DNA from: Chitinophagaceae bacterium
Lineage (GTDB): Bacteria > Bacteroidota > Bacteroidia > Chitinophagales > Chitinophagaceae
Length of the DNA stretch: 64,000 nt
NCBI GenBank assembly: GCA_023957575.1
Contig: JAMLGU010000013.1
Span: 3,053 to 67,052 of the forward strand
Direction of reading: 5' to 3'
Within the stretch, counting starts at the first letter, position 1. Every line of letters begins with the position of its first letter. The position numbers were made by a program, and so were the translations under genes. The notes beneath the pieces were generated by a model. The model was not told where the DNA came from, ran no database searches, and saw only the letters and a list, made by a program, of their open reading frames with translations. This document shows, piece by piece, positions 50,862-61,317 of the stretch.

Positions 50862-51336
50862 TATTAAAATTAATGAGCCTTGCTAATTCTTCCAGATATT
50901 CCTGATCTGTTTGGTCAAAATGGTTTAAGTGTTCGCTATCAACATCCAAAACGCCTACAACAATATTTTCTTTAAAAATAGGTACCACAATTTCAGATTT
51001 GGACAAACTACTGCAGGCAATATGCCCGGGAAATTGTTCTACATCCGGAACAATTAATGTAGCAGCCAACGCCCATGATTTACCACATACGCCTTTACCT
51101 TTTTTAATTCGGGTACAGGCCACAGGCCCTTGAAATGGCCCCAAAACCAATTCATTATTTTTTACTAAATAAAAGCCTACCCACCACCAGTTGAACTGCT
51201 CTTTTAGCGCTGCAGCTACATTAGCCAGATTGGCGATCAAGTCATCTTCTCCCTCCATTAATGCCCTAATCTGCGGTAAAATAGATTGGTATTGCGCTGC
51301 CTTTGTCCCTTTGCTTATTGATAAATCTTCTGCCAT
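50848..51336 (-). CDS. msrC: GAF-domain free methionine-R-sulfoxide reductase-like protein
   Basis: WVGFY, LGPFQGPVAC, GKGVCG, DVEQFPGHIAC, SEIVVP, VLDVDS. Confidence 0.88.
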   Translation of the reverse strand: MAEDLSISKGTKAAQYQSILPQIRALMEGEDDLIANLANVAAALKEQFNWWWVGFYLVKNNELVLGPFQGPVACTRIKKGKGVCGKSWALAATLIVPDVEQFPGHIACSSLSKSEIVVPIFKENIVVGVLDVDSEHLNHFDQTDQEYLEELARLINFNNASD

Positions 51337-51529
51337 ATCCTAAAATTTCAGAACTGAAAGGTATAATCTTCCTGATTACCAATCAATAAAATTATGAACA
51401 AAATATTTTTGACAGTTCTTGTAAGAATTAATATTTTCGGCAGTAAATTGTAATGATACTTCAGATACATGTTTTTCAGGAGTTGCGTTATTGCCTTTTA
51501 TTATTTCATCAAACTAATTTCGACCGCTT

Positions 51530-52666
51530 ATGTCCATTATTATAAAAGAGGTTAAAACAACAGCAGATTTAAAAACCTTTATTTATCTGCCCGAAAAAAT
51601 ACACCGGCAACATGCCACCTGGTTGCCACCGCTATATATTGATGATGAAAAATTTTTTTCGGAAAAAAGAAACCCTGCATTTAAACACAATGATACCATT
51701 TTGCTTCTGGCATTAGACAACAATCGGCCTATCGGGCGAATCATGGGTATTATTCCTCATGATTTTAATAAGCTGAACAATATCCACACTGCAAGGTTCA
51801 GCTATTTTGAATGTTATGAGGACAGAAAAATCTTTGATGCACTTATTCATGCTGTTGAAGACTGGGCAAGGCAAAAAGGTTGCAATCAGGTGATTGGTCC
51901 AATGGGTTTTTCGGATAAAGAACCACAGGGCTTTGTAACCAAGGGTTTCGATGCGCCCACTATGATGGTTACCAATTGCAGTTTTGAGTTTATGAAAGAA
52001 TTCATTTTGCAAAGCAATTATAATCCTCATGTAGAACTCTGCCAGTATGATGTACCCATTACCGATACAATTGTAGAACGATATAAAAATTATGTGAAGC
52101 GGGTAGAAAACAACCTGAAAATTACGGTACACGAATTTACTTCTTCCCGAAAAATAAAACCTTTTGTGAAGCCGGTTTTCAATCTTATCAATAACACCTA
52201 TCAGAAAATATATGGATTTACTGCGGTAACAGAAGCTGAAATGAATGAATTTGCAAACCGGTTTTTGCCATTGCTAAACCCCAGGCTGGTAAAAATAATA
52301 ACAGACGAAAACAATGATGTGGTAGCATTTATCATTGCAATGCCCGACCTCAGTGAAGGTATCCGAAAAGCTCGGGGAAGAATACTGCCTTTGGGATGGT
52401 TGCATTTGTATAAATCATTTAAAAAGTCAAAAAGGCTGGTATTGCTTCTGGGTTCCATAAGCAGGGGAATGCAGGGCAAAGGCTTAGATGCTGTGCTTGC
52501 CACCCGAATTTTCACCTCGGCTATCAATCTGGGTTTTACTATTGTGGACAGCCACCTCATTATGCGCGAGAATACCAAAATGAGAGGCGAAATAGAACGC
52601 CTGGAAGGGCATAAAATGTATAAGGAATATACGATATATTCGAAGAAGCTGGGTGAAGGTAAATGA
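51530..52666 (+). CDS. GNAT-fold protein, YghO-like
   Basis: W.PPL...E..F, GRI, FSYFEC, GPMGFSD.E..G pattern. Confidence 0.65.
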   Translation: MSIIIKEVKTTADLKTFIYLPEKIHRQHATWLPPLYIDDEKFFSEKRNPAFKHNDTILLLALDNNRPIGRIMGIIPHDFNKLNNIHTARFSYFECYEDRKIFDALIHAVEDWARQKGCNQVIGPMGFSDKEPQGFVTKGFDAPTMMVTNCSFEFMKEFILQSNYNPHVELCQYDVPITDTIVERYKNYVKRVENNLKITVHEFTSSRKIKPFVKPVFNLINNTYQKIYGFTAVTEAEMNEFANRFLPLLNPRLVKIITDENNDVVAFIIAMPDLSEGIRKARGRILPLGWLHLYKSFKKSKRLVLLLGSISRGMQGKGLDAVLATRIFTSAINLGFTIVDSHLIMRENTKMRGEIERLEGHKMYKEYTIYSKKLGEGK

Positions 52667-52829
52667 AATACCTCTAACTAATTGCCTGAGAATCAGATTA
52701 CTAAAAGCTATTTTTAGTAGATTATTTATTGTTATCCACATGTATTTTATTCCTTCTGTAAACCTTATCCCTTTTTGCTTGTAAATATGTGTATAAATGA
52801 TTGAAAGCTAAATAATTCAAATTGGTAAT

Positions 52830-53192
52830 ATGTCCATTGAGGAGTATTTAAAAAAACTGCAGGGCGATTCAGAGGTGAATTATACGTCGGTAAAGCAATT
52901 TATCGAAAGAAATCCTATTCCTGTCGAGGATAAAAACATGATCAGCGAAATAGAAAAAAAGACCGGATTGGTATTTGTAACCGGCGATGATGTAGCAGAA
53001 AGGGTGTGTTTTGCAAACAGTTCGGAGTTAAGAGACGATTTTAAATCTTCATTTACCTGTGGTGATATGAAATGTTTTTTTAAGGGCTTGTTATCCCAAT
53101 TGATTAGAAAAGAGACGCTAATTGAAGATAATATATTCAATGCTGACTTTGATTTCTGGAAATTTGTTGAAGCAGGTAAAAACGTACAATAA
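52830..53192 (+). CDS. Hypothetical protein (120 aa)
   Basis: ORF with ATG and protein-like composition; no family recognised. Confidence 0.6.
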   Translation: MSIEEYLKKLQGDSEVNYTSVKQFIERNPIPVEDKNMISEIEKKTGLVFVTGDDVAERVCFANSSELRDDFKSSFTCGDMKCFFKGLLSQLIRKETLIEDNIFNADFDFWKFVEAGKNVQ

Positions 53193-53220
53193 AAATCTGT
53201 TATAAATTATTTTCTTACCT

Positions 53221-53292
53221 AAACCCGTCGAACTCGCGTCGCAGTTGTATTTATTTCTAAGTCAATGCGGCGCTCAAACAACGACGGCTTTT
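53221..53292. repeat. REP-like composite palindrome
   Basis: ccgtcg/cgacgg outer arms, aactcgc and gctcaaaca boxes, inner cgtcgcagttg/caatgcggcg arms. Confidence 0.5.
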
Positions 53293-53582
53293 TAACGACT
53301 ACCTTCAATCTTTTTTTTTAACGCATTTTTTTCAAGGCCATTGCCGCAATGCGCAGCAATGGCTAACCTACACAGTCCACCATTGAGCCATAAAACCACT
53401 GTCATTCACAGCCCGTTTTGGATGCTGCAAATGACGACTTACAATCACTTTCGTTTCAAATTCTGTAAGAAAACGCACAGTTCAAAAAGAAATTTCTCTT
53501 TAATTTTGAGAAATATATTTTATAAATAAACATTCAGGATAATATGATTAAGAAGTTAACCGATTTATTTGGCAAGAAGAAT

Positions 53583-53795
53583 ATGGATAAAAAATTGAGG
53601 TTTAAAACAAATATTAATTGTGGCGGATGTGTTGCTACCGTAAAACCCTATCTGGATAGTGTGGAAGGAATCGAAGAGTGGGAAGTGGATACCACCAATA
53701 AGGATAAAATTCTTACCGTAAAAACTGAAACAGTTTCCGAAAAAGAAATTATGGAAACGGTACAGAAAGCAGGTTACAAAATAGAATCGCTTTGA
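53583..53795 (+). CDS. Heavy-metal-associated (CopZ-like) chaperone (start re-called to ATG 53583)
   Basis: FKTNINCGGC CxxC motif, C-terminal KAGY. Confidence 0.85.
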   Translation: MDKKLRFKTNINCGGCVATVKPYLDSVEGIEEWEVDTTNKDKILTVKTETVSEKEIMETVQKAGYKIESL

Positions 53796-53939
53796 GGTAG
53801 CGCTCAATCAAGCCAACCGATTTTGCTCCGATTTTTTTATGAACCGAAACAAAAAGCAATAGTCTTATGATGAATATCATTGCCTCAAAACCCTCAAACT
53901 AAGCTAATTTTCATAAATTTGCGGTTTGAATTTTTGGTA

Positions 53940-55040
53940 TTGAAAGAGTTAACAGTAACAATTGCACAAACATTATTTTTAAAAAATATTCCTTTTTGCC
54001 TTTATCGTTTCCCGGCAGAAAATGCATTCCGTATGGCTATTGAAGAAAGCTTTCTGCCACATCAAAAAGACCAAGTATTTCTGATATCGCCATTCCATGA
54101 GGATTCTTTGGAAAAGGAACTTCAACTGGCGGTGGTAAATAATGATTTTTTGACCAATGATTTCTTACAGCACATCGAAAAGGTAGTTGTTGGGAAAGAT
54201 TTTCCAGAAATTCAATTACCTCCCGAAACGACCAAAAAAGAATATTTTCAGAAATTAAAAGCCTATCTTCAGGAGATTCATTCGGGCAAAATAGAAAAAG
54301 CAATTCTATCAAGGGTTATTTATGAAGATAAACCTAAAGACTTTAATTTGTTTGATTGTTTTTTAAGATTATCGGCATCATATCCCGAAACGCTTTCTTA
54401 TCTGCTGGTAACACCACAGTCCGGAATCTGGATGGGAGCCACGCCCGAACTATTACTTGAAAAAAGACAAAACCTGTATGCTGTAATGGCGCTGGCCGGC
54501 ACACAACCAAGAAATGAATCAGGCAAATATTTCTGGCGTGAAAAAGAAACAGTAGAGCATTTGATGGTAGGTAGGCATATCCAAAGTGTTTTTAAGAATA
54601 ACGGTTTTAAACTAATTAAAAAATCGCCGCTGACCACAAAAGAAACAGGAAAGGTGGCTCATTTAAAAACCGATTATCTCTTTGAGGATATTCACAAAAT
54701 GAAGTTGGAATTATTATTGAAAGATCTGCATCCGACTCCTGCAATCGGCGGCCTGCCTGTTAATAATGCTTTAGCCTGTATTTTAGAACATGAAGGTTAC
54801 GATCGCCGGTATTATTCAGGCATCATTGGTCAAACTGATTTTTCTTCCACCGCCGATTTGTATATCAATCTCAGATGTATGCAGGTAGGCAAAGATAAAA
54901 TAGCCATTTATACCGGTGGAGGCATTACGGCTGCTTCGGATGCTGAGGAAGAGTGGCAGGAAACCATTTTGAAAAGCAAAACAGTAGCCGAAAAGATAAA
55001 TCCATCAAAAACAATGAAACTTAATGAAACTATCCGATAA
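53940..55040 (+). CDS. menF: Isochorismate synthase (TTG start at 53940 inferred)
   Basis: KAILSR, WMGATPELL, ALAGT, EH..V, LHPTPAIGG, YTGGGIT; TAAATTTG -7 box upstream. Confidence 0.88.
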   Translation: MKELTVTIAQTLFLKNIPFCLYRFPAENAFRMAIEESFLPHQKDQVFLISPFHEDSLEKELQLAVVNNDFLTNDFLQHIEKVVVGKDFPEIQLPPETTKKEYFQKLKAYLQEIHSGKIEKAILSRVIYEDKPKDFNLFDCFLRLSASYPETLSYLLVTPQSGIWMGATPELLLEKRQNLYAVMALAGTQPRNESGKYFWREKETVEHLMVGRHIQSVFKNNGFKLIKKSPLTTKETGKVAHLKTDYLFEDIHKMKLELLLKDLHPTPAIGGLPVNNALACILEHEGYDRRYYSGIIGQTDFSSTADLYINLRCMQVGKDKIAIYTGGGITAASDAEEEWQETILKSKTVAEKINPSKTMKLNETIR

Positions 55041-56715
55041 AACAGGCGTTCAGCATATTGTAAAGTCTTTAGCCAGTCTGGGTCTGAAGGAAGTGGTTAT
55101 ATGTCCGGGTTCGCGCAATGCGCCTTTTACCATTTCCTTTAACCGGCATCCTGCCTTTAATTGCAGTAGTGTGAGAGACGAACGAAGCGCTGCATTTTTT
55201 GCTTTGGGTAAAGCTATTGAACTAAAACAACCGGTTGCGGTGGTGTGCACAAGTGGTTCGGCAGCGCTTAATTTTGCTCCCGCTATTTCCGAAGCTTATT
55301 ATCAAAGAATTCCCTTAATTGTAATCACCGCCGACAGACCCAAAGAATGGATTGGGCAGGGCGACGGACAAACCATCAATCAAAGCGACATATACAGAAA
55401 TTATATCCGCAAAAGTTATGACTTGAATGGAGATGCAGTCAGCAATTCAGATATCTGGTTAGTAAGAAGAAGCCTGAGCGAAGGATTCAATATTGCCACG
55501 GTGAGCGATAAAGGACCTGTTCATTTCAATATTTCATTAAATGAGCCGCTATATGTTACCTCAGAAGTTGATGAGGTATCGCCAAGATATTTTAGAGAAG
55601 TTATAAGCGATGTGCTAATTTCAAAAGAAGCCATCTCCAATCTTTCGGAGCAATTTTATTCCTGTAAGAAAGTAATGGTACTGGCAGGGCAATATCCCGC
55701 AGATCAGTTTTTGCAGGACAGGCTTGAAGCTGTTTCGCATTTCAAAAATTTGATTGTTCTTACAGAATCAACTGCTAATGTGCATCATTCGAACTTTATT
55801 GAAAACATTGATCAGTGTATTACTCATTTGAATACCGAGGAAACCGAAGACTTTGCTCCCGAACTTTTGATAACTGTGGGCGATGCCATCGTTTCAAAAA
55901 GAATAAAAAAATTGTTACGCGATCATCCGCCTAAGTATCATTGGAATGTTCACCCTTTTGATGCCATGATGGATACCTATCAGTCGCTTACCTGTGCTAT
56001 TAAAATGGAGCCTGTTTCTTTTTTTAATCAGATAGAATCTTATTTACCAGGTATTATTTCAGATTATAGGGATAAATGGTTGCAGTTAAAAGAAGATAAA
56101 AGAACGAAACACAATGAGTTTTGTGCAAACTGTGGTTACAGTGATTTAAAAGCGCTTTACAAGGTATTTGAAGCCATTCCTCAAGATATATCAGTACATG
56201 TGTCCAATAGTTCGCCCATCAGGTATGCGCAGCTCTTTGATAATTCACATATTGCCGAAACCTGGTGCAATAGAGGTACCAGCGGCATTGATGGATGTAC
56301 TGCCACTGTAGTGGGCGCAGCAGCTGCAGCTCGCAAAAAAAAGTTTTTGCTTATTACGGGTGATATGGCCTTTTATTACGACATCAATGGTTTGTGGAAT
56401 GATCTGGATGTGCAAAACCTGAAAATAATTATCATCAATAATGGAGGCGGAGGCATATTCAGAATTCTGGAAGGGTCAGACCGTATTGATGAACGTGAGA
56501 AATTTATTGAATCTGCCATGAATTCAACTGCAGAACAAATGGCGGCTCATCATGGTTGGGAATATTTGGCAGTGAAAGATGAACCGGAACTTGATGCAAC
56601 GTTGAAAACATTTTTCAGTAATCAAACAAAAAGAACTATTTTGGAAATATTTACGGATGCTGAAAAAAACCCTGAGGTTTTAAAACAATATTGGAATTAT
56701 TTAAAAGAAAAATAA
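55024..56715 (+). CDS. menD: SEPHCHC synthase
   Basis: CPGSRNAP, DERSAAFFALG, CTSGSA, TADRP, NRGTSGIDG, GD.AF.YD.NGL, NNGGGGIF. Confidence 0.95.
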   Translation: MKLSDKTGVQHIVKSLASLGLKEVVICPGSRNAPFTISFNRHPAFNCSSVRDERSAAFFALGKAIELKQPVAVVCTSGSAALNFAPAISEAYYQRIPLIVITADRPKEWIGQGDGQTINQSDIYRNYIRKSYDLNGDAVSNSDIWLVRRSLSEGFNIATVSDKGPVHFNISLNEPLYVTSEVDEVSPRYFREVISDVLISKEAISNLSEQFYSCKKVMVLAGQYPADQFLQDRLEAVSHFKNLIVLTESTANVHHSNFIENIDQCITHLNTEETEDFAPELLITVGDAIVSKRIKKLLRDHPPKYHWNVHPFDAMMDTYQSLTCAIKMEPVSFFNQIESYLPGIISDYRDKWLQLKEDKRTKHNEFCANCGYSDLKALYKVFEAIPQDISVHVSNSSPIRYAQLFDNSHIAETWCNRGTSGIDGCTATVVGAAAAARKKKFLLITGDMAFYYDINGLWNDLDVQNLKIIIINNGGGGIFRILEGSDRIDEREKFIESAMNSTAEQMAAHHGWEYLAVKDEPELDATLKTFFSNQTKRTILEIFTDAEKNPEVLKQYWNYLKEK

Positions 56716-56722
56716 AATACTC

Positions 56723-57565
56723 ATGAGTACAATTCAATGGGAAACAATAAAAGAATACGAAGATATTACCTTCAAATATTGCAATGGTGTTGGCCGAATT
56801 GCTTTCAACAGGCCGGAGGTAAGAAATGCTTTTCGCAATAAAACAGCGGCCGAATTATTGGAGGCCTTGATTTTTTGCCACGAATCTCAGGAAATAGGAG
56901 TTGTCTTGCTAAGTGCAGAAGGGCCTTCGCCAAAGGATGGCGTGTGGTCGTTCAGTTCGGGAGGCGACCAGCGCACACGTTCCAAAACCGGTTATATTGG
57001 AGAAGACGGTATTACCCGTTTCAATATTTTAGATGTGCAACGGCAAATCCGGTTTATGAACAAAGTGGTAATTGCGGTTGTACCCGGTTGGGCTGTGGGC
57101 GGGGGGCACAGTCTTCATGTAGTTTGCGACCTTACCCTGGCCAGTAAAGAACACGCCATTTTTCAACAAAAAGATATGGATGTAGCCAGTATTGATGGCG
57201 GCTTTGGGTCGGCATACCTGGCGCGTCAGGTGGGGCAAAAACGGGCGCGCGAAATTTTCTTTCTGAGTAAAGAATATTCAGCGCAGGAAGCTTTTGAAAT
57301 GGGGATGGTCAATTTAGTAGTGCCACATGATGAATTGGAAAATACAGCTTACGAGTGGGCTCAGGAAATTTTATCAAAAAGTCCGACAGCCATTAAGATG
57401 GCAAAATTTGGTTTCAATCTGATTGATGATGGGTTGATAGGCCAGCAGGTTTATGCCGGAGAAGCTACCAGACTGATTTACACAACAGAGGAGGCAAGGG
57501 AAGGCAGAGACGCATTTTTGGAAAAACGAAAACCCGATTTCAGCAAATTTCCTAAATATCCATAA
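56723..57565 (+). CDS. menB: 1,4-dihydroxy-2-naphthoyl-CoA synthase
   Basis: RPEVRNAF, FSSGGDQ, WAVGGGHSLH, GQKRAREIF, EGRDAFLEKR. Confidence 0.95.
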   Translation: MSTIQWETIKEYEDITFKYCNGVGRIAFNRPEVRNAFRNKTAAELLEALIFCHESQEIGVVLLSAEGPSPKDGVWSFSSGGDQRTRSKTGYIGEDGITRFNILDVQRQIRFMNKVVIAVVPGWAVGGGHSLHVVCDLTLASKEHAIFQQKDMDVASIDGGFGSAYLARQVGQKRAREIFFLSKEYSAQEAFEMGMVNLVVPHDELENTAYEWAQEILSKSPTAIKMAKFGFNLIDDGLIGQQVYAGEATRLIYTTEEAREGRDAFLEKRKPDFSKFPKYP

Positions 57566-57586
57566 AAGAAATTTTATTCTTAAAAA

Positions 57587-58627
57587 TTGAATTGCTATTT
57601 CAAAAAATACACGCTTCAGTTTTACAAACCCGGCGGTACTTCTCGAGGCGTATTGCTCAGTAAAGACAGCTATTTCATAATATGCGAAGAAGATGGAAAA
57701 AAGGCTTATGGCGAATGTAATCTTTTTACCGGTCTTTCTTATGATGACAGAGCGGGTTATGATGGAAAGCTGAAGGAAGTATGCAAAAGGCTACCTTTAG
57801 AAAAAGAAAAGATTCTTTCCGAACTCAGTGAATGGCCGTCAATTTATTTTGGTGTAGAAATGGTATTGAAGGATATTGAAAACGGGTATCGGCAAATCAT
57901 TTTTCCGCAAGTCATCAATGAGCATGGATTTTCGATTCCTATCAACGGATTGATCTGGATGGGAGAGAGGCAGGAAATGATGGCACAGGTTGTATCCAAA
58001 TTGGAGGCAGGTTATAAATCCATAAAACTTAAAATCGGTGCGATTGATTTTGAAACCGAACTGGAACTGATTCGTTTTATACGCAAACAATTCAATGCCA
58101 ATGATGTTGAAATTCGTTTAGACGCAAATGGCGCTTTTGGATTAAATGAAGCGATCGAAAAACTAAAAAGACTTTCGGATTATGATATCAGCTATTTAGA
58201 ACAGCCCATCAAGGCCGGACAATGGGAGCAGATGGCCGCATTGATCGAAAAATCGCCTATTAAGATTGCATTAGATGAAGAACTGATTGGGGTAACAAAC
58301 ACTGAACAACGGCAAGCTTTAGTTAAAACTATCTTACCTCAACTGCTCATTTTAAAACCGGCGCTCGTTGGCGGTTTTGCTGCGGCAGACGAGTGGAAAC
58401 GACTGATTGAAGAAAAGGGTGGAAGTTGGGTAATCACTTCTGCTTTGGAAAGCAATATCGGCCTGAATGTAATTGCACAATACACCGCCTTGGGTTGGTC
58501 GGGCTATGCACAGGGATTAGGAACAGGGCAATTATACACCAATAATTTTCCTTCGCCATACACAGTGGATGCGCAGGGTTTACATTATCATACCAACAGA
58601 AATTGGGATTTTTCTTTATTGTTATGA
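57587..58627 (+). CDS. menC: o-succinylbenzoate synthase
   Basis: KLKIG, RLDANG, EQP, ALDEE, LKP, SALES. Confidence 0.93.
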   Translation: MNCYFKKYTLQFYKPGGTSRGVLLSKDSYFIICEEDGKKAYGECNLFTGLSYDDRAGYDGKLKEVCKRLPLEKEKILSELSEWPSIYFGVEMVLKDIENGYRQIIFPQVINEHGFSIPINGLIWMGERQEMMAQVVSKLEAGYKSIKLKIGAIDFETELELIRFIRKQFNANDVEIRLDANGAFGLNEAIEKLKRLSDYDISYLEQPIKAGQWEQMAALIEKSPIKIALDEELIGVTNTEQRQALVKTILPQLLILKPALVGGFAAADEWKRLIEEKGGSWVITSALESNIGLNVIAQYTALGWSGYAQGLGTGQLYTNNFPSPYTVDAQGLHYHTNRNWDFSLLL

Positions 58628-59691
58628 GCTTCAAAGACTATAATGAACTGATGATTAATGGCCTTCCATTAAAAGGCAATGAAATTATTCGTTATTGTGA
58701 AAGAAGTGATTCTGAATATATAAAGAAAATCGGCCGTTTTATTGCTGAATGGCTTGATGATAGACCATCCATAAACCTGAAAACCAGCGGTTCCACCGGC
58801 GCTCCCAAAACAATTCCAGCGAAAAAAAATAATATGCTGCAGAGCGCTAAAGCTACTGCCCTGTATTTTGATTTTAAGCCCGGACAAAATGCTTTGCTTT
58901 GTCTTCCGGTAGATTATATAGCAGGTAAAATGATGATTGTACGAGCTTTGTACAGCAGATTGAATCTGATTTGTATAGCGCCTTCTTTATCACCACTAAA
59001 AGAAATACCGGTAGATCTGGTTATTGATTTTGCACCGCTGACACCCATGCAGTTGCATGGTACCGGCAATACCGGTTCCATCCGAAAAATTCTGCTTGGC
59101 GGCGGACCTGTTAGCGCCGAACTTGAACAAGCCTCTCAAAAGCTGGAAGCAGCAATCTTTCACGGATTTGGAATGACTGAAACGCTTACCCATATTGCAT
59201 TACGGAGGATAAACGGGAGCAATAGGTCGCCGGTGTATCATGGGCTTGAAGGAGTGCGTTTCACAACCGATGATCGGGATTGCCTGATTATTCGGGTGCC
59301 GTTTCTGCCTGAACCGATTGTTACCAATGATGTTGTAGAACTGATAAATGAACAATCATTTATCTGGAAGGGGAGGGCAGACCATGCCATTAACAGCGGC
59401 GGTATAAAATTATTTCCTGAGGAGATTGAAAAAAAGCTCGGAACAATTCTTTCAAACAGGTTTTTTATTGCCGGACTTCCCGATAATATCTTAGGTGAAA
59501 AATTATGTTTGTTTATCGAGGGAATGACCTTTGATATGGAAAAGATGAGTGCATTACGTAAACAAATTGATTTGCTTTTGGGCAAATATGAAAAACCAAA
59601 AGAAATCATTTTCATTGATGAATTCCCAACAACTGATTCGGGTAAAATTCAGAGGGGGGAGACTGTTAAATATTTTATGGAAAGAAAATGA
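58624..59691 (+). CDS. menE: o-succinylbenzoate-CoA ligase, short Bacteroidota type
   Basis: TSGSTGAPK, LLGG, FGMTET, GR.D..INSGG.K..PEEIE, SGKI.R. Confidence 0.9.
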   Translation: MSFKDYNELMINGLPLKGNEIIRYCERSDSEYIKKIGRFIAEWLDDRPSINLKTSGSTGAPKTIPAKKNNMLQSAKATALYFDFKPGQNALLCLPVDYIAGKMMIVRALYSRLNLICIAPSLSPLKEIPVDLVIDFAPLTPMQLHGTGNTGSIRKILLGGGPVSAELEQASQKLEAAIFHGFGMTETLTHIALRRINGSNRSPVYHGLEGVRFTTDDRDCLIIRVPFLPEPIVTNDVVELINEQSFIWKGRADHAINSGGIKLFPEEIEKKLGTILSNRFFIAGLPDNILGEKLCLFIEGMTFDMEKMSALRKQIDLLLGKYEKPKEIIFIDEFPTTDSGKIQRGETVKYFMERK

Positions 59692-59724
59692 ATTAAGTAC
59701 AAAAAAATTAAGTATTTCTTTGGC

Positions 59725-60840
59725 CTAATTTTTCAACAATTGCCTGGCTTCCTCAATATCAATTTTTGCTTTATGCCCATGTTTTTCAAGCAAAAAAAGT
59801 AAGTTAGCTCCATTTAGCAATGTTATCGGCTTCCCTTTTGCAAACTCATAAGAATCTGAACCATAATCTGATGTTGTAACAAGAATTCCTTTTGTCGCGC
59901 CCTCATTCATAACCGTTCCAAATAAATCCCTTACTGCTGAAACACCTACCGTATTTGTATAACGTTTTGCCTGAATAACAATTTTCCCGCCCCGTATAGG
60001 ATCAGGATCAAAAGCAATAGCATCTACACCACCATCACGGCTCGCCTGCGTTACTTTAACCTCGCCTCCATTTTGCATAAATTCTTTCTCAAAAAGTTCC
60101 CGTATAAGATGTTCAAAATCTTCCCAATTCATTGCCGCCAGGTTTGTTGCTTCGTCGTAACAGACTGTTTTTGATTCAACTATTCGCTTATCTTCTTTAT
60201 TAACAATCATAATGGGCTGAACAGCGGCTAAATCAAATAGTGTTGAACTCCCAACTCCTTTCAGCCCTTTGAAACACAATTTTGGGTCAACCTTTTCCAG
60301 ATTAATTTCATTGAAAACTGATTTCTTAACATAGACCGAAACTATACATTTTGTCTCTTCTTTGCCAGTTGATTTATTAATAGCTGTTACCCAACCATTA
60401 AAACTTATTGCGTCAATTTCATTTATGACATCATTTGAAAATATCTCAAATAAACAACGTAGAACTATTTTATAAATTACAGCATCATATTTTTTATTTA
60501 TTTGATTTTCTGTAAAATGATACTCTCTGAATTCATTATATCTTGCAATATATTTAACGTCTTTTAACGTTGGCAGATCATTCGGAATTGGTAAACTATA
60601 TTCTATTGCAAGAATTTTATTATCTATTGAATAAAGAGCTTCAATATTTTTTTTAAAGTCAAAAGGATACATTGAATTTTGCAGAATTAAAAGACAATAT
60701 TGTTCAATAGCAGAAGGCTCTTTATCATTATATCTGATTTTTAAATCCTCTATATTTTGATTAAATGCTTCTCTTCGCTTATAGAATTCCTCTTTACGAT
60801 TTTTCCATTCAAATTCCTGACGAAGTATTTTTTCTTCCAT
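59725..60840 (-). CDS. Mrr-type (type IV) restriction endonuclease with long N-terminal region
   Basis: FEHLIRELF, DGGVDA, IVIQAKRY, V.VSAVRDL.G, KGILVTTS, L..G..L (Mrr_cat D...QxK). Confidence 0.88.
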   Translation of the reverse strand: MEEKILRQEFEWKNRKEEFYKRREAFNQNIEDLKIRYNDKEPSAIEQYCLLILQNSMYPFDFKKNIEALYSIDNKILAIEYSLPIPNDLPTLKDVKYIARYNEFREYHFTENQINKKYDAVIYKIVLRCLFEIFSNDVINEIDAISFNGWVTAINKSTGKEETKCIVSVYVKKSVFNEINLEKVDPKLCFKGLKGVGSSTLFDLAAVQPIMIVNKEDKRIVESKTVCYDEATNLAAMNWEDFEHLIRELFEKEFMQNGGEVKVTQASRDGGVDAIAFDPDPIRGGKIVIQAKRYTNTVGVSAVRDLFGTVMNEGATKGILVTTSDYGSDSYEFAKGKPITLLNGANLLFLLEKHGHKAKIDIEEARQLLKN

Positions 60841-60870
60841 ATTGCTTTTAGTTTTGTTTTAAACCCGAAT

Positions 60871-61317
60871 TTATTTGTTTGATATGAAAATTACCATAAA
60901 TATTATTGTTATTAATGACATTATGAGAAATATTAAAAACCCTACTATTTCTTTTCGCCTATCTTTTTGTCTTTGTTCAATTTTCAATAATTCTGCTTTT
61001 TTCTTTTGTTCAATTTTCAATAATTCTGCTTTTTTCTTTTGTTCAGCTTCTATTTCTATTTTTTTAAGGCGCTCATTTTTTTCCTGAATCCTTTTCTGCT
61101 CGGCCTCATATTCTAATTTTCTTTGATGCTCTTCTTCCTCTTGTTTCCTTTTTAGTTCTAATTCATAAATAATCCGCGGATTAGGCTCTAAAAACTCTGA
61201 GTAGTCTTTTAAATTCTCTAAATCAAACTTAGGTGCATTTAAACAATCGATTAAAATATTATCAATATCAGTTTGCATTTGAATTGCCCGTTCGGAAAAA
61301 TCATTATTGTAATTCAT
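60871..61317 (-). CDS. Coiled-coil protein with C-terminal TM helix
   Basis: K/E/Q-rich middle region; hydrophobic C-terminus IVGFLIFLIMSLITIIFMVIFI. Confidence 0.7.
   Translation of the reverse strand: MNYNNDFSERAIQMQTDIDNILIDCLNAPKFDLENLKDYSEFLEPNPRIIYELELKRKQEEEEHQRKLEYEAEQKRIQEKNERLKKIEIEAEQKKKAELLKIEQKKKAELLKIEQRQKDRRKEIVGFLIFLIMSLITIIFMVIFISNK
60972..61045. repeat. 33-bp in-frame tandem duplication
   Basis: tttgttcaattttcaataattctgcttttttct x2 plus 8 bp, encoding EQKKKAELLKI twice. Confidence 0.9.
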
